Below, in pieces: positions 47,110 to 59,921 of a stretch of DNA of 64,000 bases (positions are counted from its first letter, which is position 1; each line of letters opens with the position of its first letter). Made by a program: the position numbers and the translations under genes. This DNA is from Vicinamibacterales bacterium. Lineage in GTDB: Bacteria; Acidobacteriota; Vicinamibacteria; Vicinamibacterales; UBA2999. The notes under the pieces are model-generated. The model saw nothing but the letters and a program-made list of their open reading frames with translations. It did no database searches and had not been told where the DNA came from. Where the stretch lies: positions 1,295 through 65,294 of the forward strand of contig JBIKUN010000004.1 of assembly GCA_044347565.1 (NCBI GenBank). Reading direction: 5' to 3'.

Positions 47110-48113
47110 CGCCACCCGTGCGCCTGCGCCTCTGGACGGTGCTGCCGCTCTTCGCGGCCGGCGCCCTCGCGGCCGTCCTACTCGCGCCCACCGTGGGCAG
47201 CACGCCCATCAGCCTCGCCCGCGCCTTCGACCGCTCCGTGCCGTGGGCCGAGAACGTGGACGCGCAGATCTTCTTCGTGGCGCGCCTGCCGCGTGTGCTC
47301 GCGGCCGCCCTCGTCGGCGCGGCGCTCGCCGCCTCGGGCGTCGTGCTGCAGGCGCTGCTGCGCAATCCGCTCGCGACGCCGTTCACACTCGGCGTGTCGT
47401 CCGGCGCGGCCCTCGGCGCGATGCTCGTCATCGCGGCGGGGCTCGACATGGGCGCGCTCGGCCTGTCGTCGGTGCCGCTTGCCAGCTTCGCCGGGTCACT
47501 CGTGGCGACCGCGATCGTCTACTGGCTCGCGCGCAGCCAGCGCCGCGGCCTCTCGACGAACGTGCTGCTGCTCGCCGGCGTCACGCTCAACTCGTTCTTC
47601 TCGGCGCTGATTCTGTTCGTGCAGTACCTCGCCGACCTGACGCAGGCGTTCCGCACGGTGCGCTGGCTGATGGGCGACCTCGACGTCGGCGGCTACGGCG
47701 CGATCGTGGCGGCGCTGCCGCTCGTCGTGTTGTCGTTCGCGACCTTCGCGGTGCTGGCGCGCTCGCTGAACCTGCTGAGTCTCGGCGCCGATGCCGCCGC
47801 CGCGCGCGGCGTGGACGTGGTGCGGGCCGAACGTCTGGCGTTCCTGAGCGCGTCGCTCGCCACCGGCGCCGCGGTGTCGCTGGCCGGCCCGATCGGCTTC
47901 ATCGGCATCATCGTGCCGCACCTCGTGCGCCTGCTCGTCGGCGCCGACCACCGCGTGGTGCTGCCGGCGTCGGCCTGCTTCGGCGCCGCCTTCCTCATCG
48001 GCTGCGACCTCGTGGCGCGCACGGCGCTCGCGCCGCTCGAGATCCCGGTGGGCATCGTCACGGCGATGATCGGCGGCCCGTTCTTCCTCTGGCAGCTCGT
48101 GAGACACAGCTGA
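47106..48113 (+). CDS. btuC: FecCD-family ABC permease
   Basis: 335 aa with 9-10 TM helices. The motifs RLPRVLAAALVGAALA and GPIGFIGIIVPHLVRLLVG are present. It has an ATGA overlap with the ATPase gene. Confidence 0.9.
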   Translation: MTPPVRLRLWTVLPLFAAGALAAVLLAPTVGSTPISLARAFDRSVPWAENVDAQIFFVARLPRVLAAALVGAALAASGVVLQALLRNPLATPFTLGVSSGAALGAMLVIAAGLDMGALGLSSVPLASFAGSLVATAIVYWLARSQRRGLSTNVLLLAGVTLNSFFSALILFVQYLADLTQAFRTVRWLMGDLDVGGYGAIVAALPLVVLSFATFAVLARSLNLLSLGADAAAARGVDVVRAERLAFLSASLATGAAVSLAGPIGFIGIIVPHLVRLLVGADHRVVLPASACFGAAFLIGCDLVARTALAPLEIPVGIVTAMIGGPFFLWQLVRHS

Positions 48114-49000
48114 TGCGCCGTCTCCTCGTCACAACCGTCGCGTTACTTGCCATCTGTGTGATGGGGACTGTCCCCATTCTGGGCGGGGCCAGACTTCAGG
48201 CGCGGGTGCCGCGGCGCATCATCTCGCTCGTGCCGGCGCTCACCGAGATGTTGTTCGCGATGGGCGCGGGGCCACAGGTGGTCGGCGTGAGTTCCTACGA
48301 CAGCTTCCCGCCGGAGGCCGCCTCGCGCCCGCAGGTGGGCGCGCTGCTCGATCCGGATGTCGAGCGCATCTTCTCGCTCACGCCGGACCTCGTCATCACC
48401 TACGGCAGCCAGAGCGATCTGCGGCAACAGCTCGAACGCGCGTCGATTCCGGTGTTCGACTACCGCCATGCCGGACTGGCCGACGTGCTCACGACGCTGC
48501 GCGCGCTCGGCCGCGCGACCGGGCACGACGCCGAGGCTGGCCGTCTCGCGTCCGCCATCGAACGCCGGCTCGACGCCGTGAAGGCGCGCACCGCCGCCGC
48601 TCCCGCGCCGCGCACTCTCCTGGTCTTCGGCCGCGAGCCCGGGTCGCTGCGCAACATGTACGTGTCAGGCGGCACGGGCTTCCTGCACGACATGCTCGGC
48701 GTGGCAGGCGGAGAGAACGTGTTCGCCGACGTGGCGCGCGAATCGGTGCAGGCGACGACCGAACTCATCCTCGCCCGCGCGCCGGACGTCATCATCGAAG
48801 TGCGCGAGGGCCCGGCGCTCAGCGACGCCGACGTCCGCGCGCGCACGGCTGACTGGGATCACCTCGCCGCGGTGCCCGCGGTGAGGGCGCGCCGCGTGCA
48901 CATCGTGAGCGGCACGGGCCTGGTCGTGCCCGGCCCCCGCGTCGCGTCGGCGGTCGAACGCCTCGCCGGCGTGCTCCATCCGGCGCGGCAGGCGCCATGA
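48113..49000 (+). CDS. btuF: Periplasmic cobalamin/siderophore-type substrate-binding protein (cluster A-II, BtuF-like)
   Basis: ATG 48113 overlaps the permease stop (TGATG). MRRLLVTTVALLAICVMG is a signal peptide. The sequence contains RIISLVPALTEMLFAMG. Confidence 0.8.
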   Translation: MRRLLVTTVALLAICVMGTVPILGGARLQARVPRRIISLVPALTEMLFAMGAGPQVVGVSSYDSFPPEAASRPQVGALLDPDVERIFSLTPDLVITYGSQSDLRQQLERASIPVFDYRHAGLADVLTTLRALGRATGHDAEAGRLASAIERRLDAVKARTAAAPAPRTLLVFGREPGSLRNMYVSGGTGFLHDMLGVAGGENVFADVARESVQATTELILARAPDVIIEVREGPALSDADVRARTADWDHLAAVPAVRARRVHIVSGTGLVVPGPRVASAVERLAGVLHPARQAP

Positions 49001-49081
49001 CGACCCTGATCGCGTGGTCGAGCGGCCATGACTCGGCGGGGCATCTCCTGCTCGCGCCGCCGGCACCCGCCACCCTCTGAT

Positions 49082-49957
49082 ATGGCCACCTATCCTTCGC
49101 GCATCGTCTGCCTCACCGAAGAAACCACCGAGACGCTGTACCGGCTCGGCGAAGGCGACCGCGTCATCGGCATCTCGGGTTACACCGTGCGCCCGCCCGA
49201 GGCGCGCCGCAAGCCGAAGATCTCGTCGTTCCTGCACGCGCGCTACGACAAGATCGCGACGCTCGAGCCGGATCTCATCCTCGCGTTCTCGGACCTGCAG
49301 GCCGAGATCACGACCGAGCTCGTGAAGCGCGGCTACCCCGTGTTCACGTTCAACCAGCGCAGCGTGGACGAGATCCTGCAGATGGTGCGCGTGGTCGCCG
49401 GCATCGTCGGCGTGCCCGAGCGCGGTGTCGCGCTCGCCGACGAGTTCGCGCGCGGGCTCGACGCCATCCGCGCCTCGGCGGCGCGCTTCCCGTCGCGTCC
49501 GCGCGTCTACTTCGAGGAGTGGGACGAGCCGCTCATCAGCGGCATCCGCTGGGTCGAGGAGCTCGTGGAGATCGCCGGCGGCGCGCCGATCTTTCCGGAG
49601 CTGAGGGCCGCGGCGCTCGGCCGCGACCGCATCATCACCGCAGACCGCGTGATTGCCGCCGCGCCGGACGTCTTCATCGGCTCGTGGTGCGGCAAACCCG
49701 TGCGCAAGGAGAAGGTGCGCGAACGCGTGGGATGGCAGGCGGTGCCGTTCGTCGTGCACGACCGCATCTACGAGGTGAAGTCCACCTACATCCTGCAGCC
49801 GGGCCCCGCGGCCCTCACCGAAGGCGTGCGGCAACTGCACGCGGTGTTGTGCCGCGCGGTGGGCGTGGAGCTGCCCGAGGCGCTCAGGCCCGCCGAGCGG
49901 TGGGACGGCGGCGTGGCGGCGCCACCGACGACGACGACGACGCGTGCTCCGCGATAA
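49082..49957 (+). CDS. Second BtuF-like cobalamin-binding protein without a signal peptide
   Basis: ATG 49082 gives MATYPSRIVCLTEETTETLYRLGEGDRVIGISGY with no hydrophobic leader. It has the same fold family as 48113..49000. Confidence 0.75.
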   Translation: MATYPSRIVCLTEETTETLYRLGEGDRVIGISGYTVRPPEARRKPKISSFLHARYDKIATLEPDLILAFSDLQAEITTELVKRGYPVFTFNQRSVDEILQMVRVVAGIVGVPERGVALADEFARGLDAIRASAARFPSRPRVYFEEWDEPLISGIRWVEELVEIAGGAPIFPELRAAALGRDRIITADRVIAAAPDVFIGSWCGKPVRKEKVRERVGWQAVPFVVHDRIYEVKSTYILQPGPAALTEGVRQLHAVLCRAVGVELPEALRPAERWDGGVAAPPTTTTTRAPR

Positions 49958-49967
49958 TGGTCGCGTC

Positions 49968-50660
49968 ATGGTGCTCGATCGCCTCGCCGTCGCTCCCGAA
50001 GTCCACGCGCTGCGTCCCGACTTCGCCGTCCTCGCAATCGCCGTCTCCGGCCTCGTGAACGGCGCCGGCGACGAGCACTCGGAGGCGTGGCTGCGCGAGG
50101 CGGAAGAGGTCGCGCGCGCCGCCGGCGGTGTGATGCCGCCGCATGTCGTCAGCTGGCAGGAGGCGTACCGCGCGTTCGGCGCCAAGCCGCAGCGCACCGC
50201 GTCGTCGGTCGAGGCCCTGTGGAAGCGCGCGGCCGGCCCCGGTCTGCCGCGCGTGAACTGGCTGGTCGATGTCTATAACGCCGTCAGCGTGGCGCACGTG
50301 CTGCCGGTGGGCGGCGAGGATCTGGCGCACTACCGCGGATCGGTCCGGCTCGTGCGCGCCGCCGGTACCGAAACGTTCGACACGATGAAGGACGGCCAGC
50401 CGGCCAACGAACCCCCGCTCCCGGGGGAAGTGGTGTGGGCCGACGATCTCGGCGTGACGTGCCGGCGCTGGAACTGGCGTCAGTGCACGCGCACGCGGCT
50501 CACCGAGTCGTCCACCACCGCGCTCTTCCTGCTCGAACGCCTGGCGCCGATGTCACTCGAGGCGCTCGACGCCGCCGGCGACGCCCTGCTCGCCCGGCTG
50601 CGCGCGCGCACGCCCGATCTGCGGGTGGAACGGGCGCGGTTCGGCCCGGTCACGCCATGA
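49968..50660 (+). CDS. B3/B4 tRNA-binding-domain protein (PheT B3_4-like stand-alone)
   Basis: Contains SSVEALWKRA...LPRVNWLVDVYNAVSVAHVLPVGGEDL and CRRWNWRQCTRTRLT, the typical B3_4 pattern. Confidence 0.7.
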   Translation: MVLDRLAVAPEVHALRPDFAVLAIAVSGLVNGAGDEHSEAWLREAEEVARAAGGVMPPHVVSWQEAYRAFGAKPQRTASSVEALWKRAAGPGLPRVNWLVDVYNAVSVAHVLPVGGEDLAHYRGSVRLVRAAGTETFDTMKDGQPANEPPLPGEVVWADDLGVTCRRWNWRQCTRTRLTESSTTALFLLERLAPMSLEALDAAGDALLARLRARTPDLRVERARFGPVTP

Positions 50661-51520
50661 CGTCGCTCTTCGCGCTTCTGGCGGCGGTCGTCTACGGCGC
50701 GGCGGACTTCCTCGGCGGCACGGTGGCGAAACGTGCGACCACACTTGCCGCCGTCGTCGCCACGCAGGGCGCCGGCCTCCTGCTGCTGCTCCTCGGCACG
50801 CCGCTCATGCTCGACGCCACGGTGACCGCGAACGACGTGCTCTTCGGCGCGCTCGCCGGGCTCACCGGCAGCGTCGGCGTGGCGCTGCTCTACCGCGGCC
50901 TGGCGATGGGGCCGATGAGCGTCGTCGCGCCGATTACGGCCGTGTGCGCGGTGGTGATTCCGCTCATCGCGGGTCTGATGTTCGGCGAGCAGCTGACGCC
51001 GCTCGCGGCCCTGGGTGTGGCCATGGCGATTGCCGCCGTGGTGCTGCTCGGCCAGGAGTCGGCGCCCGACGCGGCCTCCACCGAAGTGCCGCGCTCCGCG
51101 GCGCACGTCGCGCAGGCCGTGCGCATCGCGCTCGTCTCGGGCGTGGCCATCGGCGGCTTCTTCGTGTGCCTGGGCCGCACAGCGGCGCCGGCCGGCCTGT
51201 GGCCGCTCGCGGTGTCGCGCACCGTGTCGGTCACGGTGTTCCTGGTCGTGGCGTTCTCGACGCGGCAGCCGTGGAGGATACCCGCGGCCGCCCTGCCGGC
51301 GGCGATCGGCTGCGGCGGGCTCGACATGATCGCCAACGGCCTCTATCTCGCAGCCGTGCGGCAGGGGCAGCTGAGCCTGGTGGCCACGCTGGCCTCGCTC
51401 TATCCGGCCAGCACGGTGCTGCTCGCGCGCTACGTGCTCGGCGAACGGCTGGGGCGCTGGCAGCAGGTGGGCGTCGTGGCCGCCGTGGCCGCCATCGTGC
51501 TCATCGTGGCGAACAGCTAG
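50657..51520 (+). CDS. EamA/DMT-family transporter
   Basis: ATG 50657 (ATGA overlap). The protein has 10 TM helices and two EamA repeats. Confidence 0.85.
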   Translation: MTSLFALLAAVVYGAADFLGGTVAKRATTLAAVVATQGAGLLLLLLGTPLMLDATVTANDVLFGALAGLTGSVGVALLYRGLAMGPMSVVAPITAVCAVVIPLIAGLMFGEQLTPLAALGVAMAIAAVVLLGQESAPDAASTEVPRSAAHVAQAVRIALVSGVAIGGFFVCLGRTAAPAGLWPLAVSRTVSVTVFLVVAFSTRQPWRIPAAALPAAIGCGGLDMIANGLYLAAVRQGQLSLVATLASLYPASTVLLARYVLGERLGRWQQVGVVAAVAAIVLIVANS

Positions 51521-51529
51521 ACGCGCGGG

Positions 51530-52018
51530 CTACGGGCGGGGCTTCGGCGCCGGGACGTTCTGGCCGGCTTCGACGCGCTTGCGGTAGACCTCGTACTGCC
51601 GGTCGTAGTTCCAGTCCTGCGCCTTCTTCGCGCCGTACATCGCGGCGCCGGTGATGAGGCTGAGGAAGTCGACGCGCGGCGAGCGGAAGGCCTGCGGCGT
51701 GACGTGTCTGAGCATGTCGCGATGGGTGGGCGCGCTGCCCGGCACGGCGCCGTAGACCAGGTCCTGCCCTGTGAAGAAGCGGAGCTGCGGCGCGTTGCCG
51801 TAGACATCCACGTGGAACTCGAGATTGAGCGGTGAGCCACCGTCGCCGCGCGCCGCGGAATCGGCGGCCAGGCGCCGCGAGATGCGCGACAGCGAGATGC
51901 CGAGGGCATGCGCGTCGATGGCGGGCGCGGCCGCCGGGGCCGGCGCATCGGCCGTCTGCGCCGCCGCGGGTGCGGTGGCGACGGCACTGACGAGCAGCGC
52001 GGCGAGGATGCGCTTCAT
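51530..52018 (-). CDS. Secreted hypothetical protein
   Basis: MKRILAALLVSAVATAPAAAQ is a signal peptide. The frame is coding-like for 162 aa and I recognise no family. Confidence 0.6.
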   Translation of the reverse strand: MKRILAALLVSAVATAPAAAQTADAPAPAAAPAIDAHALGISLSRISRRLAADSAARGDGGSPLNLEFHVDVYGNAPQLRFFTGQDLVYGAVPGSAPTHRDMLRHVTPQAFRSPRVDFLSLITGAAMYGAKKAQDWNYDRQYEVYRKRVEAGQNVPAPKPRP

Positions 52019-52134
52019 GGCAGGGTTAGACGACGGCCCGGGGCCCTCGGCCTGATGCTATCAGGTTCTCCGCGACGGGAACGAGGCCGGCCGCGTATGC
52101 TGAGGATTCCCTGCGTCTTGCTCTGGAGGCCCTC

Positions 52135-52506
52135 ATGCCTGGACGTCCGCTGCCCCTCGCCGTCGCCGCCCTCGTGTTCGTGTCCGGTGCCTTGCTCTCC
52201 GCCCACCACGGCTGGGCGGGGTATCAGACCACCGAATTCGCCCTCGAAGGTGTGGTCGTGCGCGACGTGACCTCCGACGGCGCGCATTCCTCGATGCAGA
52301 TCCGCGTCGGCACGCAGGTATGGGATCTGACGCTGGCGCCGCCGGCCGCCACCGCGCGCGCCGGCCTCAAGAGCGGCATCATCCCGGTGGGCGCGACGGT
52401 CGCCATCAACGGCCACCGCCACATCGATCCGAAACGGTTCGAAGTGAAGACCGAACGTGTGACGTGGAACGGGAAGACGTTCAACGTCTATCCGGGACGC
52501 ACGTAG
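52135..52506 (+). CDS. Small exported protein (DUF6152-like, tentative)
   Basis: MPGRPLPLAVAALVFVSGALLSAHHGWAGY is a signal peptide followed by an HH motif. The protein is 123 aa. Confidence 0.55.
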   Translation: MPGRPLPLAVAALVFVSGALLSAHHGWAGYQTTEFALEGVVVRDVTSDGAHSSMQIRVGTQVWDLTLAPPAATARAGLKSGIIPVGATVAINGHRHIDPKRFEVKTERVTWNGKTFNVYPGRT

Positions 52507-52527
52507 CGCCGGACCGGCGCCCGCGTC

Positions 52528-53475
52528 TCAGAGCCGCCGGAGCTGCACCTGCTCCACGGCGTGGTTCGTGCCCTTGCGCAGGATGAACTGGGCGCGGGCG
52601 CGCGTCGGCGCGATGTTCTCGCGCAGGTTCACGCCGTTGATGGCGGCCCAGATGCCGGCCGCGGTCTTCCGCGCCTCGGCCTCGCTCAGCGACGCGTAGC
52701 GGTGGAAGTACGACTGCGGGTCCTGGAACACCGTGTCGCGCAGGCGCAGGAACCGCTCGATGTACCAGCGCTCGATGTCGGCCTCGTCGGCATCCACGTA
52801 GATCGTGAAGTCGAAGAAGTCGGAGGCGAACACCTGCGATTCGGCGCGTTCGCCCGGCGCCTGCAGCACGTTCAGCCCCTCGACGATCACGATGTCGGGA
52901 TGGCGCACCGCGTGGCGGGCCTCGGACACGATGTCGTAGCGCTGGTGTGAATAGACGGGCGCCTCGACCACGTCGGCCCCCGACTTGATGGCGGCGAGGA
53001 ACCGCACGAGGCGGGCGCGGTCGTAACTCTCGGGGAACCCCTTGCGGTTCATGATGCCGCGCGCCACGAGCACGGCGTTCGGAAAGAGGAAGCCGTCGGT
53101 GGTCACGAGGTCCACCGAGGGATGGCCGGGCCAGCGCGACAGCAGCGCGCGCAGGATGCGCGCCGTGGTGCTCTTCCCCACCGCGACGCTGCCGGCGAGG
53201 CCGATGATGAACGGCACCTTGGCCGTGCGATCGCCGAGGAAGGTCTGCGAGGCGCGGTGCAGTTCCTGCGTGGCCCGCACGTAGAGGCTGAGCAGCCGCG
53301 ACAGCGGCAGGTAGATCTGCTCGACCTCGGCAATCGAGAGGGCCTCGTTCAGGCCACGCAGCTCCGCCACATCCGCTTCCGAGAGCGTGAGGGGCGTGCT
53401 GTCACGCAGCTTCGCCCACGCCGCACGGTCGAACGTGAGGTAGCGGGAGGGGGGCGACTCGGGCTCGGCTGACAT
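52528..53475 (-). CDS. coaA: Type I pantothenate kinase
   Basis: The P-loop is [17 protein letters not shown], and YSHQRYDIV and [11 protein letters not shown] are present. Confidence 0.9.
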   Translation of the reverse strand: MSAEPESPPSRYLTFDRAAWAKLRDSTPLTLSEADVAELRGLNEALSIAEVEQIYLPLSRLLSLYVRATQELHRASQTFLGDRTAKVPFIIGLAGSVAVGKSTTARILRALLSRWPGHPSVDLVTTDGFLFPNAVLVARGIMNRKGFPESYDRARLVRFLAAIKSGADVVEAPVYSHQRYDIVSEARHAVRHPDIVIVEGLNVLQAPGERAESQVFASDFFDFTIYVDADEADIERWYIERFLRLRDTVFQDPQSYFHRYASLSEAEARKTAAGIWAAINGVNLRENIAPTRARAQFILRKGTNHAVEQVQLRRL

Positions 53476-53493
53476 CGGCGGGTGCCGCCGAGC

Positions 53494-53910
53494 TTACAAC
53501 AGACCCAGCTGCAGCTTCGCCGCGTCGCTCATCCGGTCCATCGCCCAGGGCGGCTCGAACACGATCTCGACACGCGACGAGGTCACGCCCTCGACGCGCT
53601 TCGCGGCGTCGCGCACCTCGCCCGGCAGCGTCTGCGCGGCCGGGCACGCCGGCGCCGTGAGCGTCATGCGGATGCCGACGCGGCGGTCCGCGTCGATGAG
53701 CACGTCGTAGACGAGGCCCAGGTCGTAGACGTTGACCGGAATCTCCGGGTCGAACACCGTGCGAATCGCGTCGATGACCTGCGGCGTGAGCGCCGCCATC
53801 TGCGCGGCGTCGGGAACAACATCGAGCGGCGCGCCGAACTCGTCGGGCACTTCGGAAGGCTGGCCGGCATGCGTGGGAATCACGGAGAGCATCCTCGTCG
53901 CGGTGTACAT
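53494..53910 (-). CDS. sufT: DUF59/SufT-type Fe-S assembly factor
   Basis: ATG 53910 lies just after the sufU stop. The sequence contains VFDPEIPVNVYDLGLVYDV...MTLTAPACPAA. Confidence 0.85.
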   Translation of the reverse strand: MYTATRMLSVIPTHAGQPSEVPDEFGAPLDVVPDAAQMAALTPQVIDAIRTVFDPEIPVNVYDLGLVYDVLIDADRRVGIRMTLTAPACPAAQTLPGEVRDAAKRVEGVTSSRVEIVFEPPWAMDRMSDAAKLQLGLL

Positions 53911-53912
53911 GG

Positions 53913-54358
53913 CTACTCGGTGGAAACAGGGGCCGCCGGCGCGCCATCGAGCACGGCCTTGGCGGCGTGCCAGGCGAGGCTGGCGCACTTGACACGGGTC
54001 GGGAACTCGCGCACCCCGGCCAGCACCGACAACTTGCCGAGGTCGGCCGGCGGCTCGTCGTGCGCCGAGGTCACCATCGACTGGAACTGGGCGAACCGCT
54101 CCTGTGCCTCGGCCACGGTCAGGCCCTTCAGGGCTTCGGTCATGAGCGACGCCGACGCCTTGGCGATGGCACAGCCCTGGCCTTCGAACGCCACATCGCG
54201 GACGACGCCGTTGTCGATCGCCATCGACACGAGCACGCGGTCACCGCAGAGCGGGTTATAACCTTCCTGCGTCACCCCGCCGGCGATGATGCGGAAGTTC
54301 CGCGGCCGCCGGTTGTGGTCGAGGATGACTTCCTGGTAGAGCTCCTGCAGTCCGTCGC

Positions 54359-54362
<4 letters not shown>
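53913..54362 (-). CDS. sufU: SufU (NifU-like zinc-dependent sulfurtransferase/scaffold)
   Basis: GTG 54362 makes a GTGA overlap with the sufS stop. The sequence contains LYQEVILDHNRRPRNF, NPLCGD, GQGCAI and KCASL. Confidence 0.85.
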
Positions 54363-55609
<1,247 letters not shown>

Positions 55610-55618
55610 GTCGTCCTC

Positions 55619-56922
55619 CTAGGCCAGATACCGCGAGAGGCGGCCGAACAGACGGTGTTCGAGCGCGATGCGCAGCTCCGGCACCGAGATCTCGCCGAGC
55701 ACTTCGCCCGCGAAGGCATGCAGCAGCAGGTCGCGCGCCTGCGCCGGCGTGAGGCCGCGCGCCTGCAGGTAGAACATCGCCTCTTCGTCGAGCTGGCCCA
55801 CGGCGGCGCCGTGCGTGCACTTGACGTCGTCGGCGAAGATCTCGAGCTGCGGGTTCGAGTTGATCTGCGCATCGTCCGACAGCAGCAGCGCCCGGTTGGT
55901 CTGCTTGGCGTCGGTTTTCTGCGCGTCGGGACGCACCAGGATGCGGCCGTTGAAGACGGCGCGGGCCTGGCCGCCCAGGATGCCCTTGTAGAGTTCGTGG
56001 CTCGTGCAGTGTGCCACGGCGTGGTCGATCGACGTGTGGTTGTCGACGAGGTCGCTGCCGTCGGCCAGATACACGCCGTCGAGAGTCGCATGCGCCCCTT
56101 CACCGTCGAGCACGGCCGCGAGATCGTTGCGCACGATCCTGCCGCCGAGCGACACCGCGCGCGAATGCAGGATGCCGCCCTCGCCGCACACCGCATGCAG
56201 GTGATGCATGTGGTACGCCGAGGCGGATTCGCGCTGGTCGGTGATGAGCTCGAGCACGGCGCCACCATCGACGCGCACCTGCGTGACGACGTTCGAGAGG
56301 TAGGGCTGGTCACCCTCGCCCACGAACGACAGCACGATCGTGGCGTGGCTCTGCGCCCGCGCTTCGATGACGAGGCGCGGATGCGCCATCGCCGGCCGCT
56401 CGCCGGGCAGGGTCGCGATGACGACCTGGATGGGCGCGCTCAGCACGGCGCCCTCCGGAATCAGGATGTGCACGCCGTCTTCGAGGAAGGCGGCGTTCAG
56501 CGCCGCGAACGGCAGGCCGGTGATGTCGAGGTCGAGCGCGACCTCACGCGCCGACGAGCCGTCGGCCTCGAGGCTGTTCGCCAGGCCCTCGACCACCACG
56601 CCGAGCGGCAGCGCGCCGTAGGCCGACAGCGTCTCGTCGAAGCAGCCGTTCACGACGACCGCCGTAGCGGCGCTGTCGCGAATTTCGTTGGCGGCGGCGA
56701 GCGCCTCGGCGCCCTCCGCCTCCGGGCTGGCGAGATCGAACGCCGTCGCGGCAATCGGCCCGACGTTCGTGAAGCGCCAGGCTTCCTCGCGCGTGGTCGG
56801 AAAGCCGGTGGCCTCGAAGTGCTCGAGGGCATCGCGGCGGTGCAGGGTGAGCCACTCGGGCGCGCGCGTGCCGAGGCCGCGCTGGCCGTCGCGGATCCAG
56901 TCGAGGGTCTGGGGGGCGCTCG

Positions 56923-56926
<4 letters not shown>
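55619..56926 (-). CDS. sufD: Fe-S cluster assembly protein SufD
   Basis: 435 aa with SufBD beta-helix repeats and the C-terminal HGAAVGQLDEEAMFYLQARGL. Confidence 0.9.
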
Positions 56927-57690
<764 letters not shown>

Positions 57691-57694
57691 GGTC

Positions 57695-59146
<1,452 letters not shown>

Positions 59147-59162
59147 ATCAGTCTCGCCGCAT

Positions 59163-59199
59163 GCCCGGAATCCCGGGCCCCGGGCCCCGAGTCCCGGTC
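59163..59199 (-). repeat. Degenerate CCCGGG(G/C) heptad array in the sufA-sufB spacer (relative of 43131-43165)
   Basis: The + strand reads gcccgga atcccggg ccccggg ccccgag tcccggtc. Confidence 0.7.
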
Positions 59200-59205
59200 A
59201 GGTCT

Positions 59206-59535
59206 TCAGACACCAAACGAAGTACCGCACCCGCAGGCGCTCTTCGCGTTCGGGTTCTTCAGGATGAAATTTGTCGCCATGAGGTTGTGCTCGTCGAAAT
59301 CGAGCACCGTGCCCTCGAGCAGCGCCAGGCTGCGCGGATCGACGAACACCTTCACGCCGTCGGGGCCGTCGAAGACGTGGTCGGTCGGCTTCGCCGCCGG
59401 TTCGAACTTGAACACGTAGCTGTAGCCCGAGCAGCCACCGGCCTTGACGGCCACGCGCAGTCCGCCGCCGGCCAGTCCCTGCTTCGTCATCTGGCGCGCG
59501 ATGACGCGCGCCGCGCTGCCTGTGACTTCGATCAT
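59206..59535 (-). CDS. sufA: A-type Fe-S carrier (IscA/SufA/ErpA family)
   Basis: MIEVTGSAARVIARQM...GGCSGYSY...C-terminal CGCGTSFGV. Confidence 0.9.
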   Translation of the reverse strand: MIEVTGSAARVIARQMTKQGLAGGGLRVAVKAGGCSGYSYVFKFEPAAKPTDHVFDGPDGVKVFVDPRSLALLEGTVLDFDEHNLMATNFILKNPNAKSACGCGTSFGV

Positions 59536-59921
59536 CGCCCCTCCGCCCGCGTCTGCCAGTCGTCGACCGCCGCCCGTGCCGCATCGACCGCCATCGCGGC
59601 CATCGCCTGTTTCTCCGCCGGCAGCGCCAGGAACTCGGCCACAGTGCGCGCGTCGAGCGCCCGCACCATCTCCGGCGTCGCGCCCACGAGCGCATCGGCG
59701 ACGAAACTCGCGCTCGCCACCGCCGCACTGCAGCCGAACACGCGGAACCGCGCGTCGTCGATGACGGCGCCCGTGCCGTGCACCTGCAGGCGCGTCCACA
59801 CGCCGGCATCGAGGCTGCCTGTCACGCCGGTGCCCACGTGGTCCGCGCCGTCGGGCCAGCCGCCGGCCCGCCGCGGTTCACGGCAACGCACGCGCACGGC
59901 TTCCGAGTAGGCCGCCGTCAT
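59532..59921 (-). CDS. Degenerate IscU/NifU-N-like protein retaining one of the three canonical cluster cysteines
   Basis: ATG 59921 (TGATG-type overlap with the nifS stop). MTAAYSEAVRVRCREPRRAG aligns to the IscU N-terminus. FGCSAAVASAS keeps the central Cys, while the CGD and HC(S) positions read LDAGV and QAMAA. Confidence 0.7.
   Translation of the reverse strand: MTAAYSEAVRVRCREPRRAGGWPDGADHVGTGVTGSLDAGVWTRLQVHGTGAVIDDARFRVFGCSAAVASASFVADALVGATPEMVRALDARTVAEFLALPAEKQAMAAMAVDAARAAVDDWQTRAEGR

Noticed and set aside
52035-52065. GGCCCGGGGCCC and CCTGAT-gct-ATCAGG in the 52019-52134 divergent spacer, considered as further members of the CCCGGG family or as an operator
   Set aside because: There is only one short unit and a 6-nt-arm palindrome. 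At this GC content that is too weak to call without comparative data.
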